Assembly (NCBI GenBank): GCA_964363225.1
Contig: CAYIIH010000002.1
Coordinates: 28,880-92,879 of the forward strand
Length of the DNA: 64,000 bases
Reading direction: 5' to 3'
Source of the DNA: an uncultured Verrucomicrobiota bacterium
Lineage (GTDB): Bacteria > Verrucomicrobiota > Verrucomicrobiia > Limisphaerales > CAYIIH01
How positions within the stretch are numbered: position 1 is the first letter of the stretch; each line of letters opens with the position of its first letter. Below, one piece after another: positions 50,827 through 60,344 of this stretch. Position numbers and translations under genes: made by a program. The notes beneath the pieces are model-generated. The model made no database searches. It was not told the DNA's origin and was given only the letters and a program-made list of their open reading frames with translations.

Positions 50827-51375
50827 TTACCGTCCTCCGTCCACGTATTCGGCGACGAATTTTTTGAACTTCTCAAAGTTGGCCGGGGCGAAATCACGCA
50901 CGACAATCGCGTTCTTGCCGATGACTTTGACGGTGAGCTTCTGCGCGTTGGCGATGGCGCGGAGAGCCGCCGCGTTGGTTTCATAAATGGCATCCTCCAT
51001 CACGATCCCTTTCTTTTCCTTGCGCGTATTCAGACTGCCCAGTCCGGGGAATCGCATTTCCTGGCCGTCGGCCAGCACCACCAATGTTTTGCCCGGCAGA
51101 ATATCGAGCCAGCCTGTCTCGCTCGTGGCTTGGTAATGCACTTCCAGGTAATACGTAAAATTCCGCACATCGGTAAACACGCGCGAGGCATTCAGCCAAA
51201 CCAGTTCCCGGCTTGGCTCCTTGGATTCCAACAGGTTTTCTGGGATGAAATCGGTCCGGAGGCCGCTCACGGTATCGGTGTAGGTTGCCACTGGCGGCAC
51301 CGGCGTGGCGCATCCTGCCAGCAGACTCAGCAGGATCAAAAAAGCGCAGTCTCTTTTTTTCATGTTACCTTTCAT
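50827..51375 (-). CDS. lipoprotein, unknown function
   Basis: MKKRDCAFLILLSLLAGC lipobox. 182 aa. Confidence 0.6.
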   Translation of the reverse strand: MKGNMKKRDCAFLILLSLLAGCATPVPPVATYTDTVSGLRTDFIPENLLESKEPSRELVWLNASRVFTDVRNFTYYLEVHYQATSETGWLDILPGKTLVVLADGQEMRFPGLGSLNTRKEKKGIVMEDAIYETNAAALRAIANAQKLTVKVIGKNAIVVRDFAPANFEKFKKFVAEYVDGGR

Positions 51376-51454
51376 TTGACACGTCTGGCATCACGCGGGA
51401 ACGTTTCGGCGCGATACTAACACGACTGGCCCCGTTGCAAACGATTTCTTTTGG

Positions 51455-51566
51455 ACTTCAGGCTGCGGCTTTCGGCTTTCCGCTTTCGGCCTTCAGATTT
51501 CGGTCTTCGATTTTCAGCCTTCAGCCTTCAGCCTTCAGCCTTCAGCCTTCAGCCTTTGGCCTTCAA
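51455..51566. repeat. heptanucleotide microsatellite (CCTTCAG)n with degenerate flanks
   Basis: Five perfect ccttcag units lie at 51518-51552. Degenerate copies lie upstream (ctttcgg, cttcaga...) and downstream (cctttgg, ccttcaa). The last unit overlaps the stop codon of the TPR/peptidase gene. Confidence 0.9.
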
Positions 51567-54205
51567 GGCGCCCCTGGGCGGTTGAGGTCCAGCAGCAGAC
51601 GATAAGCGTCCCGGAAACGAGGCGCCTCTTCCAAAGCCTGGAGCACATGCCGTTTGGCGGCGGGATCGCCCGTTTGATGCAGGAGGCGCGCCAGCCGAAA
51701 GTGGATTTCCGCCACTTCGGGCGGATCGAGCAACAGCAAAGTCCGATAGGAAGAAATAGCATCCTCTCTTTTTCCCTGCTCTTCACTGGCGCGCCCCAGA
51801 TACCGGTGGGGCTGTGGCAGCAGCGGGTTGACCGCCAGCAGGCGCTGGGCGTTGCGGGCTGCCGCGGGCCAATCCTGGCTCAGCGCCGCCATCTCCATCA
51901 ACCGGAGGAACGCTTCCACCGCGTCGGGATCGCGCGCCGCCAGCTTGGCCAGGGTTTCGCGCTCCGGCTCGGTTTCGCCGAGCGCCCGATGCGCTGCGGC
52001 CAGCAGGGCGTAGGCATTGTCAGCGCCGGTCTGTTCCGGGTAAAGTTCGATCAGCTTTTGCAGGGGCGCTTTGGCTTCCTGCCAATTGCGCTCGGCGATC
52101 AATTTCTTGCCGCGCCGGATCAAGGTCCAGTAGTTGTTTGGATGCAGCAGTTCCCAACCGGCCTCATCCTCAACCAACGATTTGCCGGCCGGCTTTTCCC
52201 AATTCAGGCCGGGAGCCAATTGCTCAGCCTGTTCGCGGGCATAAGCGGCAAAGTCGCGCTCGATGTTGTCCAGCGGTCCGAGGCGCTTTTCCATGGCCTG
52301 GTTAATGGGTGTTCCCTGGGCCAGCTCGGCCAGCAATTGCTGCAGGCGTTCGAGTCCAAATTGTTTGATCAGGAACTCGACCACCAGGGAAGATTCATAA
52401 TAGGCGAATTGCAGGTCCTCGCCGTCTTGGGCCGTGAGAAAAGCCGCGCTTAGATCGCGCACCGGCTTTAAGCCGCCGCCCAGGATCAATTCCCGATAAT
52501 GGGGACTCATGGTTTGGCCCCAGACCGGATTCGCCTGCCGCTCTTCGTACACGGAAATGCCCTCGCTGAGCCAGCGCGGCATCCTGTTGCGGGTCAATTG
52601 CAGCGTCACGACATGACAAAACTCGTGCCAAAGCACCGCCTGCCAATTGGCGGGATTGGCCGCCTGCGAAGCCGGGCTGTTGGCCGTGATGACCGAGCCA
52701 AAGCAAACGCCGAGGAAACCGGCGCCGCCCGGCATGCCAAAGGTCCGCACCGCAAAATCTCTCTGTTCCGGAAAAACCTCGACTGTGGTCGGTTGATCCA
52801 GCTTGAGGCCGTACTTCTGGCACAGGTTGGTCTTGGCCCGCCCCAGAAGCTGCAAAACCTCCTGGCCATAGACGGCGGCCTCGTGCGCAGACATGCGCAC
52901 GATAAACTCGTCATTCGTCAGCGTCTGGAACTTCGCGAGGCTCTCCTGCAGCGTAACCAGGTTGTAGGCCGCCACGTCGTAGGCATCGGCTTGATAGACT
53001 TCTTCGGCCAGCTTCCAGCCTTCTTTCTCTTCACCCAGGCGCAGCAGGTCCTGGGCAAGCTGGATTTTGGCGGGCAAAAACTTGGGATCAAATCGCAAGG
53101 CCTGACGCTGATAGCCGGACCCTTCGGCAAAACGGTATTTCTGGGAGATTTTCTGTCCAATGAGATAATCCACAGCCGGATTGGTATTCCAGTGCGCCAA
53201 GGCTTGCTGATGCGCTTTGGCTTCGCCTTCCGGTTCGCCGCGCACATGATGCAGCACGCTGCGATAGGCCCAGGCTTCAGGCGAGTGCGGATTGACCGCC
53301 AGCGCTTTCGCCACGGTTTTCTCCGCCGCGGCATATTCCTCCGCATCGATCAGGTGGTCGGCCAGCAGCAGGAGGCTCGGCACGTGATTGGTGTTGTGGC
53401 GCAGGGCTGTCTCCAGCGCCTGGATCATTTCCGGACGGTCGCTGGGCGCATAGGCTTGGGCGCGGCCAAAATGGAAATCGGGTTCTTCCGGAAACTGTTT
53501 CAGGCCTTCCTCAAAAATTTTGGCGGCCAGGGCATAATCGTATTTGGCCAGGGCCACCTCGCCGCTGGCCGTATAAGCCTCACGAGACTTCGGATCCGCC
53601 TTCTTGGCCGTATCAAAGAAATTTTCCAGCACCAGGCGGGGGTCTGCTCCGAGCAATAGCGCCGCGCGGCCCAGCGCCACCAGGTTGGCCGGGTCGCGGT
53701 AGCCCCATCGCCGGCTCCCGCCCAGTTCGTTAATCTCCCTCAGCAGAGCAGCCGCCTGTTCACGCTGGCCGTTGTGCAGACAAACCTCGCGCCCGATCAG
53801 ACGAATGCGGATGCTGTACGGAGACCGTTTCAGGGCTGCAACGATGGACGTTTGGGCTTCCGGATACTTCCCGGTGTCGAGCAACGACCTGGCCAGCAAA
53901 ATGGGCCATTCTTCATCCCGTTCTTTCTCGAGAATGGCTTGCGCACAGAGCCGGATGCAGTCGCCATAGTCGCCGCCGATGAATTTCTTGCGCGCCTCCT
54001 CCAGCTCGACGCCGGAGGCGGAGACAAGGCAAAACATCAGGACAAAAGTCCAACCGATCCAAGCCGTGGCGCAGTCGCCGGGCCGGAGCGGCCTGTCCGG
54101 TTTCTCGTTCACCAGGGTCCTGGCCTCATTTGAGAACATCTTCACACCTAAGCGCAATCGGACTCTGGACGCAAGGGCGACTGCAACTAAACCAAGGGTG
54201 ATCAT
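51563..54205 (-). CDS. TPR-repeat protein with HExxH metallopeptidase-like module
   Basis: Multiple TPR-like helices occur at both ends. The central AVLWHEFCHVVTL (HExxH) is followed by WLSEGISVYEE, as in MA-clan peptidase-like domains. The start is uncertain. Confidence 0.7.
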   Translation of the reverse strand: MITLGLVAVALASRVRLRLGVKMFSNEARTLVNEKPDRPLRPGDCATAWIGWTFVLMFCLVSASGVELEEARKKFIGGDYGDCIRLCAQAILEKERDEEWPILLARSLLDTGKYPEAQTSIVAALKRSPYSIRIRLIGREVCLHNGQREQAAALLREINELGGSRRWGYRDPANLVALGRAALLLGADPRLVLENFFDTAKKADPKSREAYTASGEVALAKYDYALAAKIFEEGLKQFPEEPDFHFGRAQAYAPSDRPEMIQALETALRHNTNHVPSLLLLADHLIDAEEYAAAEKTVAKALAVNPHSPEAWAYRSVLHHVRGEPEGEAKAHQQALAHWNTNPAVDYLIGQKISQKYRFAEGSGYQRQALRFDPKFLPAKIQLAQDLLRLGEEKEGWKLAEEVYQADAYDVAAYNLVTLQESLAKFQTLTNDEFIVRMSAHEAAVYGQEVLQLLGRAKTNLCQKYGLKLDQPTTVEVFPEQRDFAVRTFGMPGGAGFLGVCFGSVITANSPASQAANPANWQAVLWHEFCHVVTLQLTRNRMPRWLSEGISVYEERQANPVWGQTMSPHYRELILGGGLKPVRDLSAAFLTAQDGEDLQFAYYESSLVVEFLIKQFGLERLQQLLAELAQGTPINQAMEKRLGPLDNIERDFAAYAREQAEQLAPGLNWEKPAGKSLVEDEAGWELLHPNNYWTLIRRGKKLIAERNWQEAKAPLQKLIELYPEQTGADNAYALLAAAHRALGETEPERETLAKLAARDPDAVEAFLRLMEMAALSQDWPAAARNAQRLLAVNPLLPQPHRYLGRASEEQGKREDAISSYRTLLLLDPPEVAEIHFRLARLLHQTGDPAAKRHVLQALEEAPRFRDAYRLLLDLNRPGAP

Positions 54206-54211
54206 TCGGAG

Positions 54212-55474
54212 TCATTCCGAGACCTCTTCGACCAGGGCGCCGGCTGGCCGCCCTGTTTTGCCGAATTTGATTTCCGGGAGGAGAAGAACGCTGGAGAGCA
54301 CAATCAAACCGACGCTGATCAGCCCCAGTTTCTCAATGGACAATACCGCGACCACATGAAATGCGACCAGCGGCGCCAGCAAGCCTCGCACGCCCGTGAA
54401 AAAAGTATGGACGGACATGTAATCCGCCACCCGCTCGGGCGGGGCAAATTTGGTGACCCACAAACTCCAGGCCACGTCGCCGCCGGCGTTGGAAATGCCA
54501 AAGACAATCGATCCCAAAATCAGGCCGCGCAGATCGTGGCTGGTAAAGAAAGCCGGAATTCCCACCGCGAAACCGGTGTTCAGGACCACTCTCAAGATGA
54601 AGAAGTTCATCCGGTCAAAAAGCCACCCCCAAATCGGACTCAGAATCAACCGCGCCAGGTTTGGGATGACGCCGGTGAAGAAGGCGATTTCGCCCACCGT
54701 CAAAACCAGCCCGTATTTTGGGTTGGCCAGGAATTCGACTCGCATCGGGATCATCATCAAATTGGCGAACCCCATCAGCATCCAGCAAACCAAGGTGCGC
54801 CGGAACAGGGAGTCTGCCCTGACGAAACGCCAGGAACGAAAGGGATGGGTTCCCCCGTCCGAGGTCAGAGGCCGGGAGGGATAGCGCGCCAGAAGGAAAC
54901 TGGCCACGGCAAAAGCCAGAGCAAAAACGAGGAGCAAAGCGCGGAAGCTGGCGATTTGTCCGGAGAGGGCGCGGCCGGCCAGTTCGCTGAACAACGCGGC
55001 CGTGGCAATGCGAATCATGACCGTCCTGGAGAATAGCCGGCCCCGCATGACCTCCGGATAATTCTCCTGGTAAATCTGCGTGAGGAGCGGAATCGCCGCG
55101 GCGGAGGCCGTCAGGGCCAGCACACTGCCGGCAATAAAGACGGGCAGAAGCGGCCACAGGGCCATGAGCAAAAAGCAGGTGGCGCCCGCCGCCGCCAGCC
55201 GGCTGGCGGCCGTCGCGGTGGACCAGCCCAGCCTGGCCACACTCGACACCACCAGGGGAGTGAGCATCAACCCCAGGCTTCCCCCGCCCGCCACGAGCGC
55301 TTTGGCGGTCGCGCCGGCCTGAAACCAACGCACCGCGATCAGCAGCAGAAAGGTCGTGCCGGCCGTTTCGAGAATGCCTGAAGCCACCGCCCGCCATCGT
55401 TCGTAGCGGTAGGTCAATTCGGTGCGAGTCCGGGCCGTCATCGCCGCGCAGGTTACCCGGCCAGGGACCGGCAC
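54212..55474 (-). CDS. MFS transporter
   Basis: About 12 predicted TM segments and MFS-like loop motifs. The start may be ATG 55441. Confidence 0.7.
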   Translation of the reverse strand: MPVPGRVTCAAMTARTRTELTYRYERWRAVASGILETAGTTFLLLIAVRWFQAGATAKALVAGGGSLGLMLTPLVVSSVARLGWSTATAASRLAAAGATCFLLMALWPLLPVFIAGSVLALTASAAAIPLLTQIYQENYPEVMRGRLFSRTVMIRIATAALFSELAGRALSGQIASFRALLLVFALAFAVASFLLARYPSRPLTSDGGTHPFRSWRFVRADSLFRRTLVCWMLMGFANLMMIPMRVEFLANPKYGLVLTVGEIAFFTGVIPNLARLILSPIWGWLFDRMNFFILRVVLNTGFAVGIPAFFTSHDLRGLILGSIVFGISNAGGDVAWSLWVTKFAPPERVADYMSVHTFFTGVRGLLAPLVAFHVVAVLSIEKLGLISVGLIVLSSVLLLPEIKFGKTGRPAGALVEEVSE

Positions 55475-55634
55475 TGCAAAAACTAAAATTGAAGTGTGCA
55501 GATCGTGTCATAATTGTGACACTTTTTGCGCAAATCTTTCTGAACTGAACTCAGGCTGATTCCGATTGCCTTTGGCTGAGGACAGCCCTACAAGGTAAGT
55601 GAAATGGCGGATACCCTTCGGGCGATGCTTTTCC

Positions 55635-56921
55635 CTATTGAGCCGGCGTGCCGCCCGCCATTGGCAGATAAACCGAAAAGAGAGTCCCGTGGCCGAACTC
55701 GGAATGAACCTGGATGACGCCTTTAGATTGCTCGACCAAACGCCGCACGATAGAGAGGCCCAGTCCGGTGCCCTGGCCGGGAGGTTTGGTCGTAAAATAG
55801 GGCTCAAAAATGCGGCCCATAATCTCCGGCGCAATGCCGGGTCCATCGTCTTCCACAGATAAAGCCAGCAGGGGCGCTTTGTTATGAAAGGCTTCGCGGT
55901 TCAGGAAGCGGTCCTGAGGTCCTTCCTTGAGATCGGTGAGCGGGAGCGGCTCGGCAAGGAGGCGGGCCTGCACTTCGACCCGGTGTGATTGCGCCGTGCT
56001 TTGCAGGGCGTTGATGGTCAAATTCAAAAGAATCTGAATCAAATCAGTGCCATTAATTTGCGTGCAAATATCCTTCTCCAACAGCCGGACAGTTAACTGA
56101 TGTCGATGCGCATGCGGATGCACTTTCAACAGTTCCTGCAAGTCGCTCAAGATTTGATTGACCGCTATCTCGGTCTTGTCCGCCCTCTCACCCCGCAAAA
56201 AGCTGAGATACCGCCGGGAGATATCGATGCAATTGCTCACTTGCCGGGTCATGCGGGCCAGGCGATCGCGGATGATGGCCAAGTCTTCCCCTTCGACCTT
56301 GCTGACGTTCTTGATGCGTTGATTGATGACTTCAATGAAACCCGAAATGATGGTAATCGGACCATTGATATCATGCACAATGCTGGCGTAAATCTCGCCC
56401 CGGGTCCGGGCGATCTCTTCCCGCAATTGCTGGTTATGAATTTCCTCCTGGAGCTCCTTCAGCTTTTCATTGTTCGAGCGAATCTCGTCCGAGATCGACC
56501 GGCGCTGCATGGCCATGCCGACCGCGTCGCGCAAGGTGGCAATGTCAAAGGGCTTGGTCAGGTAATCGCAGGCTCCCAGCCGCAGAGCCTGGCGGGCGGT
56601 CTCCAGCGTTTCGTAGGCGGTCAGCATGACCACTTCGATGGCCGGATCGATTTCTTTGAGGTGCTTCAGGAGGTCGATGCCCGACATGCCAAACATGCGA
56701 ATATCCAGGACGGCGGCGTCCACGGTCTGGTGCCGGGCGTGTTCCATGGCTTGCAGGCCGTCGTTTGCCATCAGAATCTGATACTCCTCCTTGAAAACGA
56801 TGCGGATGGATTGGCGCGGTCCCTCCTCGTCGTCCACGATCAACAACACGCGCTTCGGGTTTCGATCCGTGGGCGAGCGTTTGGGTTCAGAAGGTGTATC
56901 CGAGAGAAAAGGTGAGGGCAT
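55635..56921 (-). CDS. hybrid response-regulator receiver / histidine kinase
   Basis: REC domain (VLLIVDDEEG...LDIRMFGMSG...LTKPF). H-box-like IVHDINGPITIISGF. HATPase_c (DDGPGIAPE...GTGLGLSIV). Confidence 0.85.
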   Translation of the reverse strand: MPSPFLSDTPSEPKRSPTDRNPKRVLLIVDDEEGPRQSIRIVFKEEYQILMANDGLQAMEHARHQTVDAAVLDIRMFGMSGIDLLKHLKEIDPAIEVVMLTAYETLETARQALRLGACDYLTKPFDIATLRDAVGMAMQRRSISDEIRSNNEKLKELQEEIHNQQLREEIARTRGEIYASIVHDINGPITIISGFIEVINQRIKNVSKVEGEDLAIIRDRLARMTRQVSNCIDISRRYLSFLRGERADKTEIAVNQILSDLQELLKVHPHAHRHQLTVRLLEKDICTQINGTDLIQILLNLTINALQSTAQSHRVEVQARLLAEPLPLTDLKEGPQDRFLNREAFHNKAPLLALSVEDDGPGIAPEIMGRIFEPYFTTKPPGQGTGLGLSIVRRLVEQSKGVIQVHSEFGHGTLFSVYLPMAGGTPAQ

Positions 56922-58106
56922 GGCTGATAAACCGGTATCGACCGTCGGCCAGTTCGCCGGCGGTCGAAGGAGCGCTGTTATTCACGGTCCTGGATGGGCC
57001 ATAGGCCAGTTGATAGGCTGCGTCCCAGCGAAATTGTCGGCCCTTTCGTCCCACGCCCACACTGAAAACGTGGCGATCGGAATCGGGAACAATAGGGTTA
57101 AAATTGGCGTCCGGGACCGAGTTTTCGCTGTAGATGTATCCGGCGCTGAGCGCGTAACCTTTGTCAAAATAACGGGTCAGGCCCCACTCATAGAAAAAGC
57201 TGGAGCGCCAGTTAAAGGCTTGGGCGGGAAGATTTCCGGCCGCCCGCTGCAGGGTGATGCTGTCCAGTCGATCCCAGTCCGTCCAATCGACATCAAACTC
57301 GAAGTTCCAAACGGGGCTGGGCCGAAAAGACCATCCCGCCACCACGTGCTGCGGAAATGGAAAGCGGATGCTGGCCGACGATTGGCCGGCCAGGAAAGCG
57401 GGAATGGGTCCTTGGCCTTCGGTATGGCCGCGGAAGTTCTGGGTGGTCTGGCTGCGATAGCTGGCCCCAAACGAATGTTGAGCGTGCGGCTGCCAGAGAA
57501 GCCCGGCGTTGAAGCCAATATCGGTGCCATCGCCTTTGAACTTCAATTGATCGCCGACCAGAGATGGGGTTGGATAAACTCCTTGCCGCAAATCGGCTTC
57601 GGCATAATTCAAGGTCGGACCGGCGGCCAAGGACAATCGAGGTGCGATTTCCCACGCCACAATGGATTGAGCGTCAGGTAAGTAATGCGCGCTTTGGTGG
57701 CAAAGGTGCGGATGCCCGTGTTGTCCGGCCATTCCAAGCCCAAACCGTACGGCGAGTAAAAACCAAGTCCGTAAGAGAGGGGCTGTTCTTTGGGTGAGCA
57801 AACAAAAAACACTTGGGGCGCCACTTGGACTTCGTCTTTCGTATCGCTCTCCGTTCCAGTCAGTTGGGCAGTGTAGGCGGAATGCAGCGTGATGGCGTAA
57901 AAGCCGGCCCGGAAATTCTGCCCCTCCAGTTGCGTGATGCCGGCCGGGTTGTAATAGATGGCCGATGGATTGTCCGCCGTCGCGACAAAGGCATTGCCCC
58001 GGGCTGTGGCCAGCGGGTCTTGGTCGGCGATGCGGATTCCCAGCCCATGAACCAGGCACGGCCAGCAACAACTGCTCAGGAGCAGGAGACGGAGCTTCGA
58101 TTTCAT
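56887..58106 (-). pseudogene. FadL/OmpP1-family outer-membrane channel, frame broken by a 1-nt indel (or sequencing error)
   Basis: The N-terminal part lies in ORF 57609..58373 from ATG 58106 (signal MKSKLRLLLLSS..., GIRIADQDPLATARGNAFVATADNPSAIYYNPAG). The C-terminal part lies in ORF 56887..58224 (AWEIAPRLSLAAGPTLNY...ALTFSLGYTF, with terminal Phe). The junction is near 57663-57666 (TLNP/IVAWEI). Confidence 0.75.
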
Positions 58107-58267
58107 CTGCAAACCACTCTGAATACGCGTAACGATGGCCAACAAAGAGCCATAGATGCTGAGGCGAAGCAACCAATTTTTTTCGAGAAAAAGCAGGATG
58201 GGCCAGGCGCGGCACTCTCCGCACCTCGTCTCGGCCTGGCTTTCCGGAAAACCTTGCGGCCCGAAGA

Positions 58268-60344
58268 TCAGGATCGCAGAGGCCGGGAAGTTCCCTGATC
58301 CAACGCGGAAATAGCAGAATGAAAACCGTCCTCCTCCCGCGAAGAATCCAGGGGAAGCAGGCAAACCACGCAACCTCCCTGGCCCGGCGAAGAGGGCGAG
58401 ATGTCGATTTTGCCCTGATGGGCCTCCAGGATTCTACGGGCCACCGTCAGCCCGGATGCCGAGGCCGACATTGCGCGTGGAGAAGAAGGGTTCCTGCGCC
58501 TTTAAAGCGGTTTCCGTGGTGAAGCCATTCCCCGAGTCGCGGATCGCCAGGCGCAGCCAGGGACGGCCTTGGGCATCGGTCTCCGTGACGCTTTCCACTC
58601 GGACGCGGGGATGGATCGGATTGGCCTGCAGCGCATTCAACATGACTTCGGCCAAGGCATGCCTGAGGCCCGCGCGGCTGGCATAAACCGCCGCCGCTAT
58701 CCCGTCCCCTTCGCATTGCACTTCGGCCGGGCCCGCCGGAGCGTATTCTTTCGCTTCGCCAAAGGCTTCCTCGATCAGTTCCCGCACCGGAACCAATTCG
58801 GCGGGTCCGGCCGTATCCCGCGCCAGGAGAATCATCTGGTTGGCTAGGCGGCTGATACGCTTGACGGTGTCAGCCATGGCCCCGGCCAAAGAGGCCTGGA
58901 AATCGGGATCTTCGCGCTTTTCGGCCAGCAGTTGCTGATGGGTCGAGAGCGGCACCAACGAATTGCCGATCTCGTGAGCCAGATGCTCGGCCATGGATTT
59001 GATCAACCGCAGTTTGGACGTCTCAACCTCGAGTTGCCGGGTGCGTTCCTGCTGCGTGGCGTCTTCGATGGAAAGGAGGACCGCGTTGGCCGCGAGTGAG
59101 TTCAGTTGTTTGAAAGAGCTGATCGAAACTCGATAAACGGCTCCCGGAATGTCCGGCGGCGAATATTCGAAGGGAGGGCAGGAAACACCTGTTTTCAAAA
59201 CCTCAAAGGCTTTGCTCCCCAGCACTTGGGGCAGATGGCTGAACTCTAAACGCGTCGTCGCCGGCCGGCCCGGTAGAAAAAACCGGCTGGCCGCCAGGTT
59301 GGTTTGGACAATGTCCAGGTTGCGATCCACCACGACGCAGCCGCTGCCCAACTGGCTTAGAATAGCCTCCATGATTTCATGGTTGACGGCCAATTGGTCA
59401 TGCAACCAACTGTTTTTGACGGCCAGCCCTAATCCCTCCAGGAGATGGAAGATCAAGGCCAGCTCCTCATTGGTAAACGGCTCCTCCGTCAGCCGTGTGT
59501 CAAAGACAGCCACCCCAAGAAACGATTCGCGATCCAAAATGGGAATGGCCAGTTGCGCCCCCAAAAGTTCGAATTCCTTTTGCATCTCGCGGTTCCGCAA
59601 GGCTTCTTCGCTGTCGCGCCTCAGGATGCGTCCGTGACGGCAGGCATAGCCGCCGATGCCGCGGTCAAGCGACAATTCAAAATGCTCGAACAGCCCGTGA
59701 GCCAGCCCCATGGCGCAGGCCGAACGGAGACCGCGGTCTTCGCTGGCAGCGGCATTCCGGAACGCGCCGGCCGGTTTGCGCAGGAAGATGGCGGCTCGAT
59801 TCACGCCGAGAATCTCGCGCAACAAAAGCAAGAACTGATTTAACAGCGCCTCCGTTCTCAGGCTGTGAGTGAGCATGGCCGAAAAATCGCGCAACGCTTC
59901 CAAGGTTTGCACCGGTTTGCGGGAGGATTCGGCCGCCGGCTCTCTCTGGCGGGCAGGCGCGGGAAACGGAGCGGGCGGAGGGGCGTCACTTGGCCACAGC
60001 CGGCCGAGCAGCGCCTGGAGCAATCGACCGCGAATGGGTTTGGCCAGGATATGCCGGACGCCCAGCAAATAGGCTTCTTCTTCCCATTCCCACTGCCGGG
60101 CGGCGGCAAACATGATGATGGGACAGTCGGGTTTGAAAGTACGGAGCTGCTGGACCACGCGAATGGGCGCGATATCCGTCAGGTCCGCGTCCACGAGGCA
60201 GGCATCGATCATCCCGCTGGCCAGAAGCGACTCGGTTTTCAGCACCGTTTCCATCAGTACTAAACGATAATTCTGAGCATCCAGGACAGCGCGAATGGCG
60301 GGTTCGAACCCTGAAGATTTGGCCAGAATCAACAAGGTTTTCAT
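58268..60344 (-). pseudogene. sensor histidine kinase (atypical REC + GAF/PAS + HisKA + HATPase), frame broken near the 3' end (or sequencing error)
   Basis: ORF 58434..60344 ends prematurely in the G2 box (FFSTRNVGLGIRADGGP*). The remainder (GLTVARRILEAHQGKIDISPS...) continues in ORF 58268..58471. The junction lies at the cc/ggg run around 58451-58457. The H-box is MAEHLAHEIGNSL. Confidence 0.75.

Noticed and set aside
51455-51566. Possibility that the repeat tracts (also 35595-35775, 30821-30860, 38793-38820) are CRISPR arrays
   Set aside because: The units are only 7 nt and contiguous without spacers, and there are no cas genes. They are microsatellites, not CRISPRs.
60301-60311. GGTTCGAACCC, a tRNA T-arm-like motif
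   Set aside because: It lies inside the receiver-like domain coding sequence of the sensor kinase. No acceptor, D or anticodon arms can be folded around it. No tRNA was called anywhere in the window.
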